Shown piece by piece: positions 37,497-51,829 of a stretch of DNA of 64,000 bases. The notes beneath the pieces are model-generated. The model saw nothing but the letters and a program-made list of their open reading frames with translations. It made no database searches and had not been told where the DNA came from. The first letter of the stretch is position 1. Each line of letters begins with the position of its first letter. A program made the position numbers and the translations under genes. This stretch comes from Octopus sinensis (lineage: Eukaryota): contig NC_043011.1 of NCBI RefSeq assembly GCF_006345805.1, forward strand, positions 45,334,464 through 45,398,463, in the 5' to 3' direction.

Positions 37497-38089
37497 CTCC
37501 CACGAGTTTCTTAACACTTGGAATTTGGGGCGGAGTTTTGGAATAAGCTGTCCTTCGAAGTCCCTTCACCTCATAGGAAAGGAAATGTGTAGGCTTTTTT
37601 TTTTTTTTTTCTGAAATGAGAATTGATTAAATTTTTTTTTCTGTTTCTTTTCCAAAAATATTTGCAGCTTTTTGCTTTTTATTTATTGGGGAAGGTGGGC
37701 TCTACAATTTTTTTTTGGTGGGGTGGGGGGCCCTCTGCGTCCGTACTCTTTTCCTTTCCCTTGAGGTGTGGGACTTCGAAAAGGTAGCTATTATCCCAAA
37801 AAACTCCCACCACGGTTTTGCTTCTGCCATTAGAAGTGGTCTCGGCCCCTTAACGTAGGTGCTTCGTCGTGGCGGCCTTCACTGGTGTGGAAGGAGTGAT
37901 GTAGGGAGTGGAATTCATTAACACAATTAGTTTGGTGTGGTGTGTGTGTGTGTTTTTTTTTATCAACTTACATTATTCATGTGACTAAATTCAAATTCAA
38001 ACACTTTGGTGATGGGTGGGCGCGAAATGTTTTGTTCATTTTCAAATACTCTTGTGAAATATGTCTAAATAGGTTTTGTGTGAACGTAT

Positions 38090-38123
<34 letters not shown>

Positions 38124-38646
38124 TTTTCATGTGACACACGGGTGTATAAAGGTCGAATTAGTCTTTTATCAATTTCAATAGGAAAATGTTGAAGGCGCGT
38201 GGCCTAGTGGTTAGAGTGTTAGGTTGACGATCGTTATGTCATGGGTTCGATTCATGGTCCTGGCAGTGCGTTAAGTTCTTCTACAAGAAGCTTCATTTTC
38301 ATGTAACTTTAATACAGAAGCTGAATCTACTTGCTTGCAGAAACCAGGTTTATAAATTTCAGCTATAGGTTGTTTACAGTGGCGTTAATCGATACCAGTA
38401 ATTATTTCAGGATTTTGCTTATTTTATCGATCTCAGCAATCAATCACTGCGCAGATTGCTCTAGTAGATTAAAGCTATCTCTTCTTCCTCCCACCCATTC
38501 ACATCAAATCCTGAGGATTTGTGGGAGGAAAAGATGTCTTGACTTTCATTCATAACTCAAATGAATTAAGATTACTTATATAATATATGCATGTATGTGT
38601 TTTTATGTGTGTATATACATATATATACACACATACATACATACAT

Positions 38647-38680
<34 letters not shown>

Positions 38681-39302
38681 ATCAAGATTAATCAGCCGAA
38701 ATTGCGAAGATGATCTGGTTCTTGACTGAAGATTGAAGGCTTTGAATGTCCTGTCCGTGTTTTTTTTTTGTGTCGTCTTCTAAAATGTTTCACGTTCTTG
38801 TCCCAGTTTGTATTTTTTTACTTTTACATATATATATATATAGGCACACAATCAGTGGCATATTGTTTAATAAGGTCTGTTGGAATAATGGGTGGTGCGG
38901 TGTCAGGTAGGTGATAGCAAAAAAAAAGAGAAACTGGTTGGAAACACAATTGGTGAAGAGACAGGTGGGTGAGAACAGCTCTTGTACCTGTGTTATATAA
39001 CAACAGACGAAGCTGCACAAACAGGTGTACACCTTTCTAGAAATTCTAACCTGTTCTCTCTTATTCTGGAATTATCCCAAATGCTGGTGTAGTTAATATT
39101 CTATAATAGAGCGGTGATATGACATGAGCTACAAGGATGGGGGAATATAGCGGTTCGGTAAAAGAGACCGATGGAATAGGTGTCAGGCATTAAAAATAAG
39201 AACTGGGGTAGATTTCTTTGACCAAACTCTTCGAGGTGGTGCTCCAGCATGATCGCAGTCCTATCTCTGAAACAGGAATATTATATATATATATATATAT
39301 AT

Positions 39303-39431
39303 ACCGGAGTAAACACATAAATGTGAAACAAGGTGGAAAAAAGAGTACTCGATTACCAGTGGTAGAGTAATATGCTTTATTTAAAGCAGCAGAAAATTCT
39401 ATAATATGAATTTTCTGCTGCTTTAAATAAA

Positions 39432-39432
<1 letters not shown>
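39303..39432 (-). mobile_element. Short PLE-like element with a 25-bp snap-back hairpin (family of 6250-6440)
   Basis: CCGGAGTAAACACATAAATGTGAAACAAGG... is the reverse complement of ~6360-6440. Arms at 39375-39399 and 39408-39432. Confidence 0.7.
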
Positions 39433-39475
<43 letters not shown>

Positions 39476-39977
39476 TTCGTTACTTTTTTCAGTCACTAGA
39501 CTGCGGCCATGCTGGGGCACCGCCTCGAAGAGGGTCTATTCGAACAAATTGACAACAGGACATTATTTTTTAAAGCTTTAAAGCCTTATTCTATCGATCA
39601 CTTTAGCCGAACCGCTGTGTATGATAAAATGTGTTTGCTTATATAGAAGTGCTACTTTAATTAATATAGTCCTGTTTGTAGTATCTAAAAAAAAAAAATG
39701 GAAGGAAAAATTTTTACTCGCGCCTGTGTGTGCGCGCGCACGCACTGCACCGTCTTATGTAATGACTAGTCGTCTGTAAATGTCTGACTGAATGAATCCC
39801 AAATACCCAAATTTCAATCATCACTGACTGCATATTAACACACACACACGCACCCACACACGCAAAACTACGCTCACACTTGATATAAAATTATCGTTGA
39901 TTTGTCACAAAAATGCCATCCTTTGCTTCCATATCACTCCACAGGTGTGGTTATGTAAGGCGTTAGGCATGTGAAAT

Positions 39978-40027
<50 letters not shown>

Positions 40028-40391
40028 ATCTACACCTACCTTATCTATACCCTCCTTATCAATGTATGCGACATCACAAACACGCTATATATATATGTAT
40101 ATATATGCATATGTGTATGTGAAAACCTACATGCTCCTTTATATTTATAAGAATGTGTATACGTGTGTATAGATGTCAAGAACGGGACACACACACACAC
40201 ACAGAGGAAAGGAGCTAGGTGCAGTTTGGGTAGATTAGCTACCCGGAGTACCCGACAGGCTGAATAGTGAAAATTAACCCTTACGACTATGAATACTGGG
40301 AAGGGAACCAGTTTGACCCTCAGGGATTGTTGATGACAAATGGGTTTTCGGGTTAGTCGAGGTGTCGTATACAAATGACTATAGTGTGGGT

Positions 40392-40513
40392 GGCGATCCT
40401 TCGATATTGGTCTAGAGACGTCATTCACTCTTTTTCAGCCTAGCCTCTTTATCTGTGTCATGACAGAGGGTTTGTGGGTGAATGACGTCGCGTACCAATA
40501 CCGAAGGATTGCC
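40392..40513. repeat. Imperfect inverted repeat (~37-bp arms)
   Basis: GGCGATCCTTCGATATTGGTCTAGAGACGTCATTCAC versus GTGAATGACGTCGCGTACCAATACCGAAGGATTGCC. Confidence 0.75.
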
Positions 40514-42013
40514 CCCAATATGCTCTGGAATGGAACGCATACAGAGATCCCCCAATGTATCCAACCGTTGAACGAATACATTTAAGTATCAGGAAATAAT
40601 TACAATTATTTAACCCGTCAGGGTTTGAACTAGCGATATCCGGCTCAAATATTCTATCTGTTTATAGTTCTAACTTGCCTTTCACGCCTGCCCTTATAAT
40701 GTCGTTCTAAAACAAAAATATTCGCATCATAGAAATCTTAAAGCTACAAAGATGATACACGATTACGCATTATCTTGTAGCTTGGCACACGCGCATAATA
40801 AAATAAGTTTTACATTAAACAGAGTAATCAGAATATTAAAAGATTAAAGGAATATAATTAGTTTAGATGAGATGCAATTCAGGGTTACTGTTCACGGCCT
40901 CTTGTCAATGAGACTTTTTACTACGCGAGAAATTTTTAGCTCAGAGTTAATAACTATCCATTACAATTCGTTAATCTGGAAGTTTTTGATGGGGTGATGT
41001 ATACCACACTGTATAGTCGGGTGGTCTTCAACTGAACTTAGAATAGGTGTCAATAGGTTATGAGCGCAGTTTAGGCCGTGTTATGAGGTATAGTTAGCGG
41101 AGTGGGGTTTGGCTGAGAGTACAGCAAGAAATCTTGTGATGCAGTCAGGTGTGCACCATGGCTCGCTTTTTTGACCACTTTTGTTGATCACAATTTCCCC
41201 AGATAAGAGTAGTTTCAAATGGTTGTATGTGAGAACTTCTATACGTCAGCGACCTAGTTCTCCTTGACGGGAATTCTAGTCGAGATAGGTAGAAGATACT
41301 CCAAACAGCTTAGAAACGAAGGGCATGAAGTCAATTCTGTAAAGACAGAAGTTTTAGTCGCAAAGAAAGAATTTGTAGGAAACTTAGGATGTTCACTTTT
41401 ACTTAATATTCAGTTAGTTAACCAAATGACTTGTCAATGTTTCAACGAATTACAGACAAGATATACAACCAATTAGCGTGTGAGTGCTTATGTAAACCCT
41501 ACAAATATAGAATTGAACATTTTATCTGTTCATGTATGGGTCATACATGTGTCTACAAATTTACATGTGCTTGTTTTCAGACTAAAGAAAATAGCACTCA
41601 ATACTTGGTGTACGGTATGCCTTTAATAAGAAATCAAGTTGGTGATTCATTGTATAGTGTGTGACTGATCAGATGTGTTTTTTCTGTGACAATCCAGAAT
41701 AACAACAGAGTGACTCGGTAACTACACCCGCACACAAACTTGAATGAATGCGTGTCATAAAAGATGCTTGGCATTTCGACATGCCAGCTCAGAGGAGAAT
41801 CACCATATCAAAAACGTTCATAAAGTAATTGTCACCTTTTGATAATTAAGATATATTTGCTTTTCATTTTCAGTTCAATATAAGAAAGTGTTTCAACACC
41901 TGGAACATTATATTGCATTTTAAATTGATGTAATGTTTGCATTGTTCAATTAAATGGAGTTGCATGAAACGATCGTACTGCATTACCTCCATATATCCTT
42001 ATTTTGATATATT

Positions 42014-42048
<35 letters not shown>

Positions 42049-42270
42049 GGGGGTGCTTTTTTATGAACGCACACAAAAACGTTTCACTTAAGCAGACTTA
42101 AAGGATATATTCCAGATGACAAGTTAAAAACATCTGTAATCTTGAGTCCGATAAAATATACATTCCCAAAGAGCCAACCATAAGCGAAACAAAATATATT
42201 TTGTCGGACTTATGATGATGATGGATTAAATATTATAGACACCTACATCATTTACTATATACATATTTCT

Positions 42271-42340
<70 letters not shown>

Positions 42341-42346
<6 letters not shown>

Positions 42347-42557
42347 TTAGAGATAAAACCACTATTAGGTAAATCATACAATGAAAAACTTAAGCCAATA
42401 CATAAGATTATTAATTTATATTATTTAAATATATAACAAAATTATTAAAAAATATAATTGTTATATATTTAAATAATATAAATTAAATAATCTTATGTAT
42501 TGGCTTAAGTTTTTCATTTGTATGATTTGCCTAATAGTGGTTTTATCTCTATTTAAT
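42341..42557. repeat. AT-rich inverted repeat (~98-bp arms, ~18-nt loop) next to (TA)n
   Basis: 42341-42439 is the reverse complement of 42458-42557 with few differences. Confidence 0.85.
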
Positions 42558-42604
42558 ATGATATAATATTTACTATAAAATTGGATTTATTCCCTAATAT
42601 TTAT

Positions 42605-42662
<58 letters not shown>

Positions 42663-45600
42663 ATACATATACATACACGCGCGCGCACACACAAACATAT
42701 TGCAGTCTCTCATTGAAAAAGAAAACCTGTCGTAGCGGAAGTTGTAATCTAATGTATCAATTCCAGCGGAAGTAACGTAATCTGTACCAACCCACACGAA
42801 AGGCTTTTTCGAATTATGTAATGGTTTTAGTTGATTGAGGCTATCGTCTGTATAATTTCTGTGTATGTGTGTGCGCGCCTTTAACTGTTATGTGACTACT
42901 TGATGTATGAATGCGTTTGTAGTTTGAGTGCCCCTCTCTCTCTTTCTATATAATATATATATATTATCGTGTTCATATGGCTACTGCCTGTGTATGTATT
43001 GTACCTCCGTAACGTTTTAGTTAGGTGGCTACTTACATCTGAATGTCTATCAAGTTGGCTGTCTGGCTTACTACCTCTCTCTCTCTTCTTCTCATTCATG
43101 TATGTGTCCGTGCGGAATATTTCTATTACCACCACCACCACTACAGGGCCTGTTTTCTATACAGATACACAATAAAAACTATATCTAGTCATTTCTTTGT
43201 ATTTTATTGTAGCGCATTTATTGTTTATTTATAAGCTTAGTGTCTTCGACTCCCCTCAATCCCGTCTCCCATATTGCCGGCCGAGCACCATTCATAAAGA
43301 AACGATAAAATTATGAATGACCACATATGTGCGTGCGTGCGTGTGTGTGTGCGAAGTCTGTAATAGTATTTTATTATCCAGGTTAACCAGTAGAGGGCGC
43401 AATCTCCACTTAATAATTACTCTATTTCTTAATGCCTTTTGTGTCTGTATGAATGTTTAATTTATGCCTGTGTATTTTATGTATGTATGTACCTCGTATA
43501 CACACATACAATACACATGCATGCAAACATAGACACGCATTCTTGACTTCCATTCAAGATCAAATTAAAGCCAGAGGCGGTTCTATTGTATATATATTAT
43601 AAAAGGAGGTTAAATTAAAAACCTAAGTTATAAAGATATCTTTCTATAGATCCAGCTGCAGATCTGAAGGATTAATGAATACAGATAATCTTGCAAAGGG
43701 CGGGAAGGGTGGTTTATCTAACAAACAGTTGGGGTTTTTTTTTTTGTGTCCTTCTGTTGCAGCCCCGAGCTGACCAAAATACATGTGAGTGGATCTGGAA
43801 GACGGAAACTGAAAGAAGCCCATCGTGCAGTGTGTGTTGTGTGTGTGAGATAGCCTGTGTTGATTTTCGTCCCCTTAACTTAGCGGCTCGGCAAAATGAG
43901 ATTGATAGAATAAGTACCAGGCTTTTTTTAAAAAAGCAAAAAAAAGCACTGCTGTCGATTTGTGCGATTAAAACCCTTCAAGGCGATGCCCCAGCATGGC
44001 CAAAGTCTAATGATTGAAGCAAGTAAAATAATAATAACAGCTTATAAAGCTGAATATTTATTTGGACAGGTGACGCATTTAAGAGACATTTACATATTTA
44101 AGCCTGAAAGACAGTTGCTGCATGAATTTTTAAAGGTGGACCCTTCCTCCATATAGATTCCGATTTTGTTTTAAACCAAACGTAAAAACAAAGCTTTAAC
44201 TGCTTCAGCATTACATGAATTCTCTTCCATACAATGGTGTTACTAAAGTAGCCAAGATGGCGTTAGCTGACAAAATCATTCAGCTCGACGAACAAGACGC
44301 TTAACGCCATTTACATTCGGAGTTCAAATGCCAGAGTTTGACTTCGTTTTTTATCCTTTCAGTATCAATAAAATAAGTACCAGCTGAGCAGTGGGGTCGA
44401 TGATATCATCTAGCTCCTTCCTCCAATATTTCAGGCCTTGTGTCCTATAATTGAAAGAATTATTACTAAAGAAACTAAGATATGCTAAATATTCAGTCCT
44501 GTTATATAATCCTTGATGTAGATTGTTTTTGAAAATGCGACTATTGATTTAAACATGCTATTTTTACTCTAGTTTTACTTAAAGATATGTAGTTAAGGCG
44601 GAGAAGCTTTGCGCATCGATATTTCTCACCTATTTAACGCATCCAATTTAATTTAATGAGGACTGTATTACAATATCCATAATATAGTATTTAAATTATC
44701 TTGTATGAAAAAGAACAATTGAACTCAATTATAGCGTGGTGAATTTAATAAATAATACATTGCTTTCAAATTTGGGCCCGAGGCCAGCAATTTCGGAGAG
44801 TGGGGATAATTCGATTACATTGGATTTATTACTCGAAAGCATGAAAGGAAAAGCTGAGCTCTGGAATTTGAACTCGAAATAGTATAGACGGACGAAATTC
44901 CGCTAAGCATTTTTTCCGGGGTACTTACGAATTCTGCCAGCTCGCCACCGTACGTGTTTCATATATCGAAATAGAGATGCAAGTTTGTTAATTAACATCT
45001 GACAAAAATTAAACCAATTCTTCCCATTTACGATCGCCATTCAGTTTGATTAACGTAGTTTTGATTTGTGCAACTTGTAAAGTGCATTGGAGCTTGGAAG
45101 CATTCCAGGAATGGATCAACATTAGATACCCAAGTCGTTCATAAAGTTAGAAGCAGTATATAGCACTACACTAATAGATCAGGTACAGAATCATTGAATC
45201 AAGATTTGATAACTTTGCAAATATTTGATTTAAAGTAGTACTGGACCTTGGAAATATTCCAAGTATTGGATCAACCATAAACATTCAGTGGTTTATGAAA
45301 GTCGAAGGTAGAATAGCACTGTTAGAACAAAATATTTAGTGTGGGGGCCCTGTAGAATATGCTATTCTTGCTAATAGATTAAAACATTGCACCTAAGTGG
45401 ATTGGAGTTTGTATGTGTGACAAAGCATGAGAGATTGTTCACATTTAGTTAGATCATCTAAAGTATATTTCATTAACCTAAAGTGATTGCTAGTTACATA
45501 AGCAAGACTTGCTGGCAAATCGTCCATTTTTTTTTTTTTATGGACGTGGGCAAGGATGATAAAAATGAGAGATAAACACTACAAATACTTGACTCTGATT

Positions 45601-46866
45601 TAGTTTTTCCTTTTTGTATTTCTGGAATAGACTGGCCTGTGTTCTGCTCTCCGTCGTAAATCAGTCCTAAATGCATCCCTCTTCGAATACACTATACTAC
45701 GACCATCTTTCCAGCTTTAGAACAAAATCTGCACTTATTTCCAATAATTGTCCAGTGTTGGTCATTATGTATTGTCTTGTGTCGTCATAATAAAAATAAT
45801 TAATTATTGTTAATAATCATTGGTGGGATGGTTGACTCAGGAAGGAAACTGGACAAAGTACTTTGTTCTCTTTAGTTAGAACAACCTTCCTTTTGTCCAT
45901 CCAGGAGAATTACTTCTCTCTTCCTCTCTCTGTAATTTCTCACATCACAGTGACTCAGACAACTGCAACTCCGTTGTTGCTTCCTGCAGAATTAAACATA
46001 GAAGTTAACTTGCTCCCATTTGATCGGGAGATACCATTTCCACGTATGGTTATATGAACTAAACCACACTGTGGTACTTAAAGGTGAACTGTGAAATCTA
46101 CTTACATCTACATGTACTGGTTCATCTTGTGGAAACCGGTGGTGGACTGTACCTCAGTACAGTATCTACTATAACTACCATGCTGTGGTGCCTACATTCA
46201 ACCTATATAGACTGCACCATATTCTGTACCTAGTTGCAGTTAAAGGACTGTATCACAATGTAGTACTTAATTACAACTAGGTATTTGGGAATGTTATTGA
46301 TGGTTGTGAAGCATCTCCAAAACTATGATCTAATGAAGCTGAGAGGCACAATGTTCCCTCTTCATTTTCCCCAGTCATCCGCCATCTTAGTTCCCTCTAT
46401 TCCCTGTCTGTTCTTTGATATTGCTCAACCAGCTTCTTTATCAACTTCGTATACTTTTACGAGGACATTTTTCCATGCGTGACCATCCATCAGAAGTATA
46501 GTGTCATTTTTACATGACCAAACCTCCGCATTTTCCATAACATATTGTCTCTTATCTTGTTATTTGCTTCTGCTATTGGACTGCAGTCATATTGGAGCAC
46601 CGCGTTATAGGGTTCAGTCGAGCAAATTGACCCCCAGTACTTTTTTAAAAGTTTGGTACCTATATTCTATCGGTCAGTTTTGCCAGACTGCTAAGTTATA
46701 GAAATTTGAACAAAGACGTACACTCAGCTATAGCCATTCATATATTTAGTTCAAAATTACAGAAAACAGAGTTTTATCATGGCTACCGAATAATTGTCAC
46801 GTATTATATTTACAGATAAATTTCTCTATTTACATAATATCCAGGTCTCTTTCATTCTTTTGCTGT

Positions 46867-46905
<39 letters not shown>

Positions 46906-47465
46906 GTGTGTGTGTATGCATGCAGATGTGTATGAATATGTATTTGTATATACATATTTATGTACGTGTATATATATATATATCTGTATATACATGCATA
47001 CAGACAGACGGATGGATGTAATACATTACACCTAATGCACTGTACAATGTACACAATGGAATATATAACATTTTATTAATGATCATCGTCGTCGTCATGA
47101 TGGTGATATGGAATGATGTATGAGGCGGTCTGTCTGTCTCACCACCACCACCACCACCTCTACTCTTTTGCTTTGGCACTCTATCAATCTATCTCTACCG
47201 ACTTCCTTCTTCTAATCTTTGCCTGCTTCTCTCATCTCTCTCCTCCTCATCATCATCCGCCTCTCTCTCTCTCTTCCTCCCTCCTACCCTCGCTTGTCGT
47301 CTGCCAAAACGAAAGCTTTTGCACTTTCATTGAGAAAGAAAATACAACAGATGGATTTTAACTGGGGAAACTCCACAGTTCTCTAGTGCTGATGGTGGTG
47401 GTTTTTTTTTTTTTTGGAGGAGTCAGTAGGAAGCTTAGCAATTCCGGCTGCTGATTCTATATTCG

Positions 47466-47508
<43 letters not shown>

Positions 47509-48093
47509 GCTGCTTGCTTGCTTGTCTGTGTGTGACGGTGTGTTTGGTTTGAAGGGGTGTATGAGAGATTATAGGGCTTTCGCATATTATTTCCTATCAC
47601 GACCCTGCTCCCAACACTACTACCACTACCACTACCACTACCACCATCAGCGCCTTCATCGCTGCTTCTACCACCAACCTCATTCATCAAAAACAAGCTT
47701 GCATTCCTCACATTTCTAATGTCACGCTTTGCCTCTAACGATCCTGACGCGCGCGCGTGTTTGTGTGCCGTGTGTATGTATTTATATATATAAGTGTATA
47801 CGTGTGTGTTGTACTTGTTTGTTGTTCGTGTGTTTATGTAAGTTGTCTGTGCGTGTGTGCGTATGTTTATGCAGCTGGCGTTTCCTTGCACAGTAGAGTG
47901 CGTCCACGCACTCGCATGTGTGTGTGTGTGGTTATGTAGTTACATGTATGTTGTATATCGTATATGCGTCATGTACTGTACACATGTGTGTATGTGCTTG
48001 CACATGTGTGTGTGTGTGTGTGCGTATATTGTTCAATGCAATGCACGCACGTGTCTGTATCTGTCTGTAAATCTATGTTCAATACTTGGACTT

Positions 48094-48143
<50 letters not shown>

Positions 48144-49075
48144 TAGCCCTAGGCTTACCTTCAAGCGGATTTCTGATCAAAGATGTTCAACTATGACCAT
48201 TTTGGCGGCAGACACAAACACACACACACACACACACACTCGGCAGTGCATTCACCTAGTTTTTTTTTTTTGTTAAGAGACTAAGGTATGATCAGGGGAA
48301 AGAGTTAGCTGCTAAATTTAGCACGTCTAGCTTATTATTACATTCAGGCTGCCCTCGTTTGTTGTTACTGGTGGATATAGTGGTTGCTGTTTAGCTTTGA
48401 TCCACTGGCAACTATGATCAAAACCCCTTCCAACTATGACCATCCTGATAATGATCATATATACATGTATGTGTGTGTGTGTCTATATATATATATACAT
48501 ATATATATAGACACACATGCATACATATAAATGCACATGTGTATATATATTTATATATACACATATGCATACATAAATATCATGTGTAATCAGACTGCAT
48601 TGACTTATTAAGACTGGGTGGTACGAGGGGTATTTAGCTGTTATTTTTAGCAAAAAAAGGGCTCCTTTGCTGCAGGTGGTGGTGGTAGTACCAGCAATAT
48701 TAGTCATAGTGTTGGCAATAGTAATTTTAAGGCTAACATGATAAAAGCAGCAGTAGTAGTAGTAGTGGTAGTAGTGGTGGTGGTGGTGGTGGTGGTGGTG
48801 GTGGTAGTAGTAGTAGTAGTATTGGTGGTGGTGGTGGTGATGCAGATGCTATAATTGCTGAAATGGTGTTGCACTTGATGCAGCAGTAGTAGTGATGGTG
48901 GTGGTGGTGGCGGTGTACCCATGTGACAACCATGTCTCGCTTCACTACCATATATGGTAATAACAGAACACCTTTCCTACCCATCCACTCTTCTCATCTC
49001 ATCAGTCATTAGTTTATTTCTACCATGTCAATGTATGCTGTTCGCGCGCGCGCGCGTTTTAAGATGGACGATGTC

Positions 49076-49106
<31 letters not shown>

Positions 49107-49528
49107 CTGGAAAGGGGATTAGAAGGAGGGAGCGAATTTTCCCAGCCCCTCTCCCTCACTCCCCCCCTCTCTCTCTTCCTTTCTTTCTCTATACATATGC
49201 ACTTTCGCGCTCTCTGTAGCTTCTGCGTTCTTGCAAAATGTGCAGTGCAGTTACACACTCACACACATACATGCACTTAGGTGTTTATAAAGTGCATGTC
49301 TTGTGGTGCAGTATATTTACACATGCGTGGCACATTTTGTAATGCAGTTTGCACATCGACACACCTTACAAAGGTAGCATGAATAAGACTATTGTGTATA
49401 CATCACTTAATCCACATACACACACATAAAAGTATATATTCATACATGTGTATATATTTATATATATGTATATATTTGTGCATATATATTATATATTTCT
49501 ATATACATGTGTATGTTGTATATGTCCA

Positions 49529-49748
49529 TATATTTGTGTACATGTGTGTGTATATATATTTGTGTACATGTGTGTGTATATTTTTGTGTACATGTGTGTA
49601 TATATATTTGTGTACATGTGTGTGTATATTTTTGTGTACATGTGTGTATATATATTTGTGTACATGTGTGTATATATTTTTGTGTACATGTGTGTATATA
49701 TTTTTGTGTACATGTGTGTATATATATTTGTGTACATGTGTATATATA
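49529..49748. repeat. 22-24-bp minisatellite (TTTGTGTACATGTGTGTATATATA)n, ~10 units
   Basis: Direct reading; gives the repetitive ORFs at 49392-49938. Confidence 0.9.
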
Positions 49749-50283
49749 TTCTTGTGTGTATATGTTTGTGTTTGTAGAGTATAATCTGCTATATTGTTAC
49801 GCATCGCAACATAACAGTCGATATGCAACGAACTACTGCATGCATATATGCACACACATAATGAGTGTATATAGCATGTTAATTCAAATAGTGTTGTGGG
49901 GCATGTGTACATATGTGCATTTATGTATTTACAAATGAGAGTGTGTGTATATAATCAGAATTTGTTATGCTCTACTGAAATCAGTTTGTGGTTAAGAACA
50001 GTTACCTTATCAGAATAGGGTGATACTTTGAAATATAATTCGAAAGAAACCCTAAAATTCTCAGGACACCCAACTTAAACTCCAAGACCTGGTAGATTTT
50101 GATAATATATACAGATGTATATATGTTTGTATGTGTATAAATTTAGATGTATGTTTGTCTATGTTTCCTTATGAATTTAGAAACTTGGTGAACAACATGA
50201 AATACTTCTTTTGGGGAACGGTGGATCTGAAAGCACATAAAGCTATATATATATATATATATATAATATATATATATATATAT

Positions 50284-50317
<34 letters not shown>

Positions 50318-50525
50318 ATATATATATTACTGTGTAAATATTGGGTTTAAAAATTTCTTTAATAGGAGTGGTGGGGGAAAAGGTCAAAGGGTGCCTATTG
50401 GACTTGGGTTCACATCTATATACATGACAGATGCTCTACTATTGTACCAATGTAATATGTATACATGTATATGTTTGTGTGTGTATGTGATATTTGTACT
50501 AAATTGTCTTTCTTCTCTTTTGCAG

Positions 50526-50623
50526 GAGGTTATGCAACATTCAAAACCATCTTTCCCCGGTTGTGTATAGCGGAACGAGTTTTACTGGACAGTTACCTTG
50601 ACAAACCATCCACCAGCTACTTG
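50526..50623 (+). CDS. DUSP1/DUSP4-like: MAP kinase phosphatase, coding exon 2
   Basis: Acceptor TTTTGCAG|GA. Joins exon 1 to give LSGGYATFKTIFPRLC (CH2B, compare LKGGY..F...PELC). Donor TTG|GTATGT, phase 0. Confidence 0.85.
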
Positions 50624-51609
50624 GTATGTACTATTATACTGCACTTGGTTCTAGGCATTACTGCCATCAACACCATCATTATTTGTCATTGATCACACCG
50701 CCACCACCACCACCTTGAGCATTATCATCATCATCATCACTATCATTATCATCATCATAGTCTTCTTTGCCGACAGAGACTGTTCAAAAATCTGTTTCTC
50801 CGACACCACTGCTTCTGCCACATCGTATCGGCCTTTATTTATATTCAAGAACACAGTCGTTACACAGTTGCTTGATAAGCTAGAAATAGCAGCCAACTTT
50901 CTTTCATCACCCCCAAGGAATGATATATTGGATAAGGTGGTGTTATATGATTGACTTAGGATGGTCATGGTTTGGAATGTCTTAGATCATAAGCCGACCA
51001 GCCTTCTCCTTCCTCTCTTTTCTTTTTCTCTGAGGATCTATAGCCATTTGACTTCACCATAACTTTTCATGTCTGCCTAAGTCTACCTTTCCTTCTTGAG
51101 CGATGCATTCACCATGCATTCACACGTCCCTTAAAACAGCCTCCCCACTCTCTGTCCCCCCACCCAACACCCATCAAATGAAGTCTTTAGCACTTAGCAT
51201 TTTCAGTGCTTTCATCCATTCAGTCCATCATTGCAACATAGACATCATTCTCATTATTTAATGCCCGTTTTCCATGCTGGCATGGGTTGTTGGATGGCTT
51301 GACCAGGAACAAAGCTGTCATGGCCAGGTTCTGCACCAGGCTCCAATTTTGACTTGGTTTCTATAGCTGGATGCCCTTCTTGGTACCAACCACTTTACAT
51401 TGTGTACTGGGTGCTTTTTTACATGGCACCAGCAAATAAGACAAAAATGGTCTTATTTCTATACTAACCTAGATTGGAGCCAACAGGGCTGTTGTTGTTA
51501 AATGATCAATACTTGACCAATATTGATGTGACCAAAAATCTTTTGAAATTCTATTCATATTTTTTATTTCGCCCGTTTTAAGTTGTTTCTCTCGTTTGCT
51601 TCCTTCCAG

Positions 51610-51829
51610 GTTCATCCTGTAGAAATTCTCTCCCATGTATTTTTGGGTGACCACTGTCATGCTCGAAACATCGATCTGTTGAAGAAACTTGGAATGACCG
51701 CTGTCATCAACGTGTCCAGTTCCTGCAACAACTACTTCCCCAACGATTTCCGTTATTTGACCATTCCAGTTGAAGACTCACAATATGCAGATTTGTCGTC
51801 CTGGTTCCAACAAGCCATCACATTTATTG
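51610..51829 (+). CDS. DUSP1/DUSP4-like: MAP kinase phosphatase, coding exon 3 (N-terminal half of the catalytic domain)
   Basis: Acceptor TCCTTCCAG|GTT; VHPVEILSHVFLG...INVS...IPVEDSQYADLSSWFQQAITFI. Donor G|GTATGT, phase 1. Confidence 0.92.

Noticed and set aside
41120-41190. RT-like peptide SGVHHGSLF*PLL
   Set aside because: Weak match to GVHQGSVLSPLL with a stop codon and no supporting flanks.
49392-49938. Cys/Tyr/Val-rich repetitive ORFs
   Set aside because: Translations of the 22-24-bp minisatellite inside intron 1.
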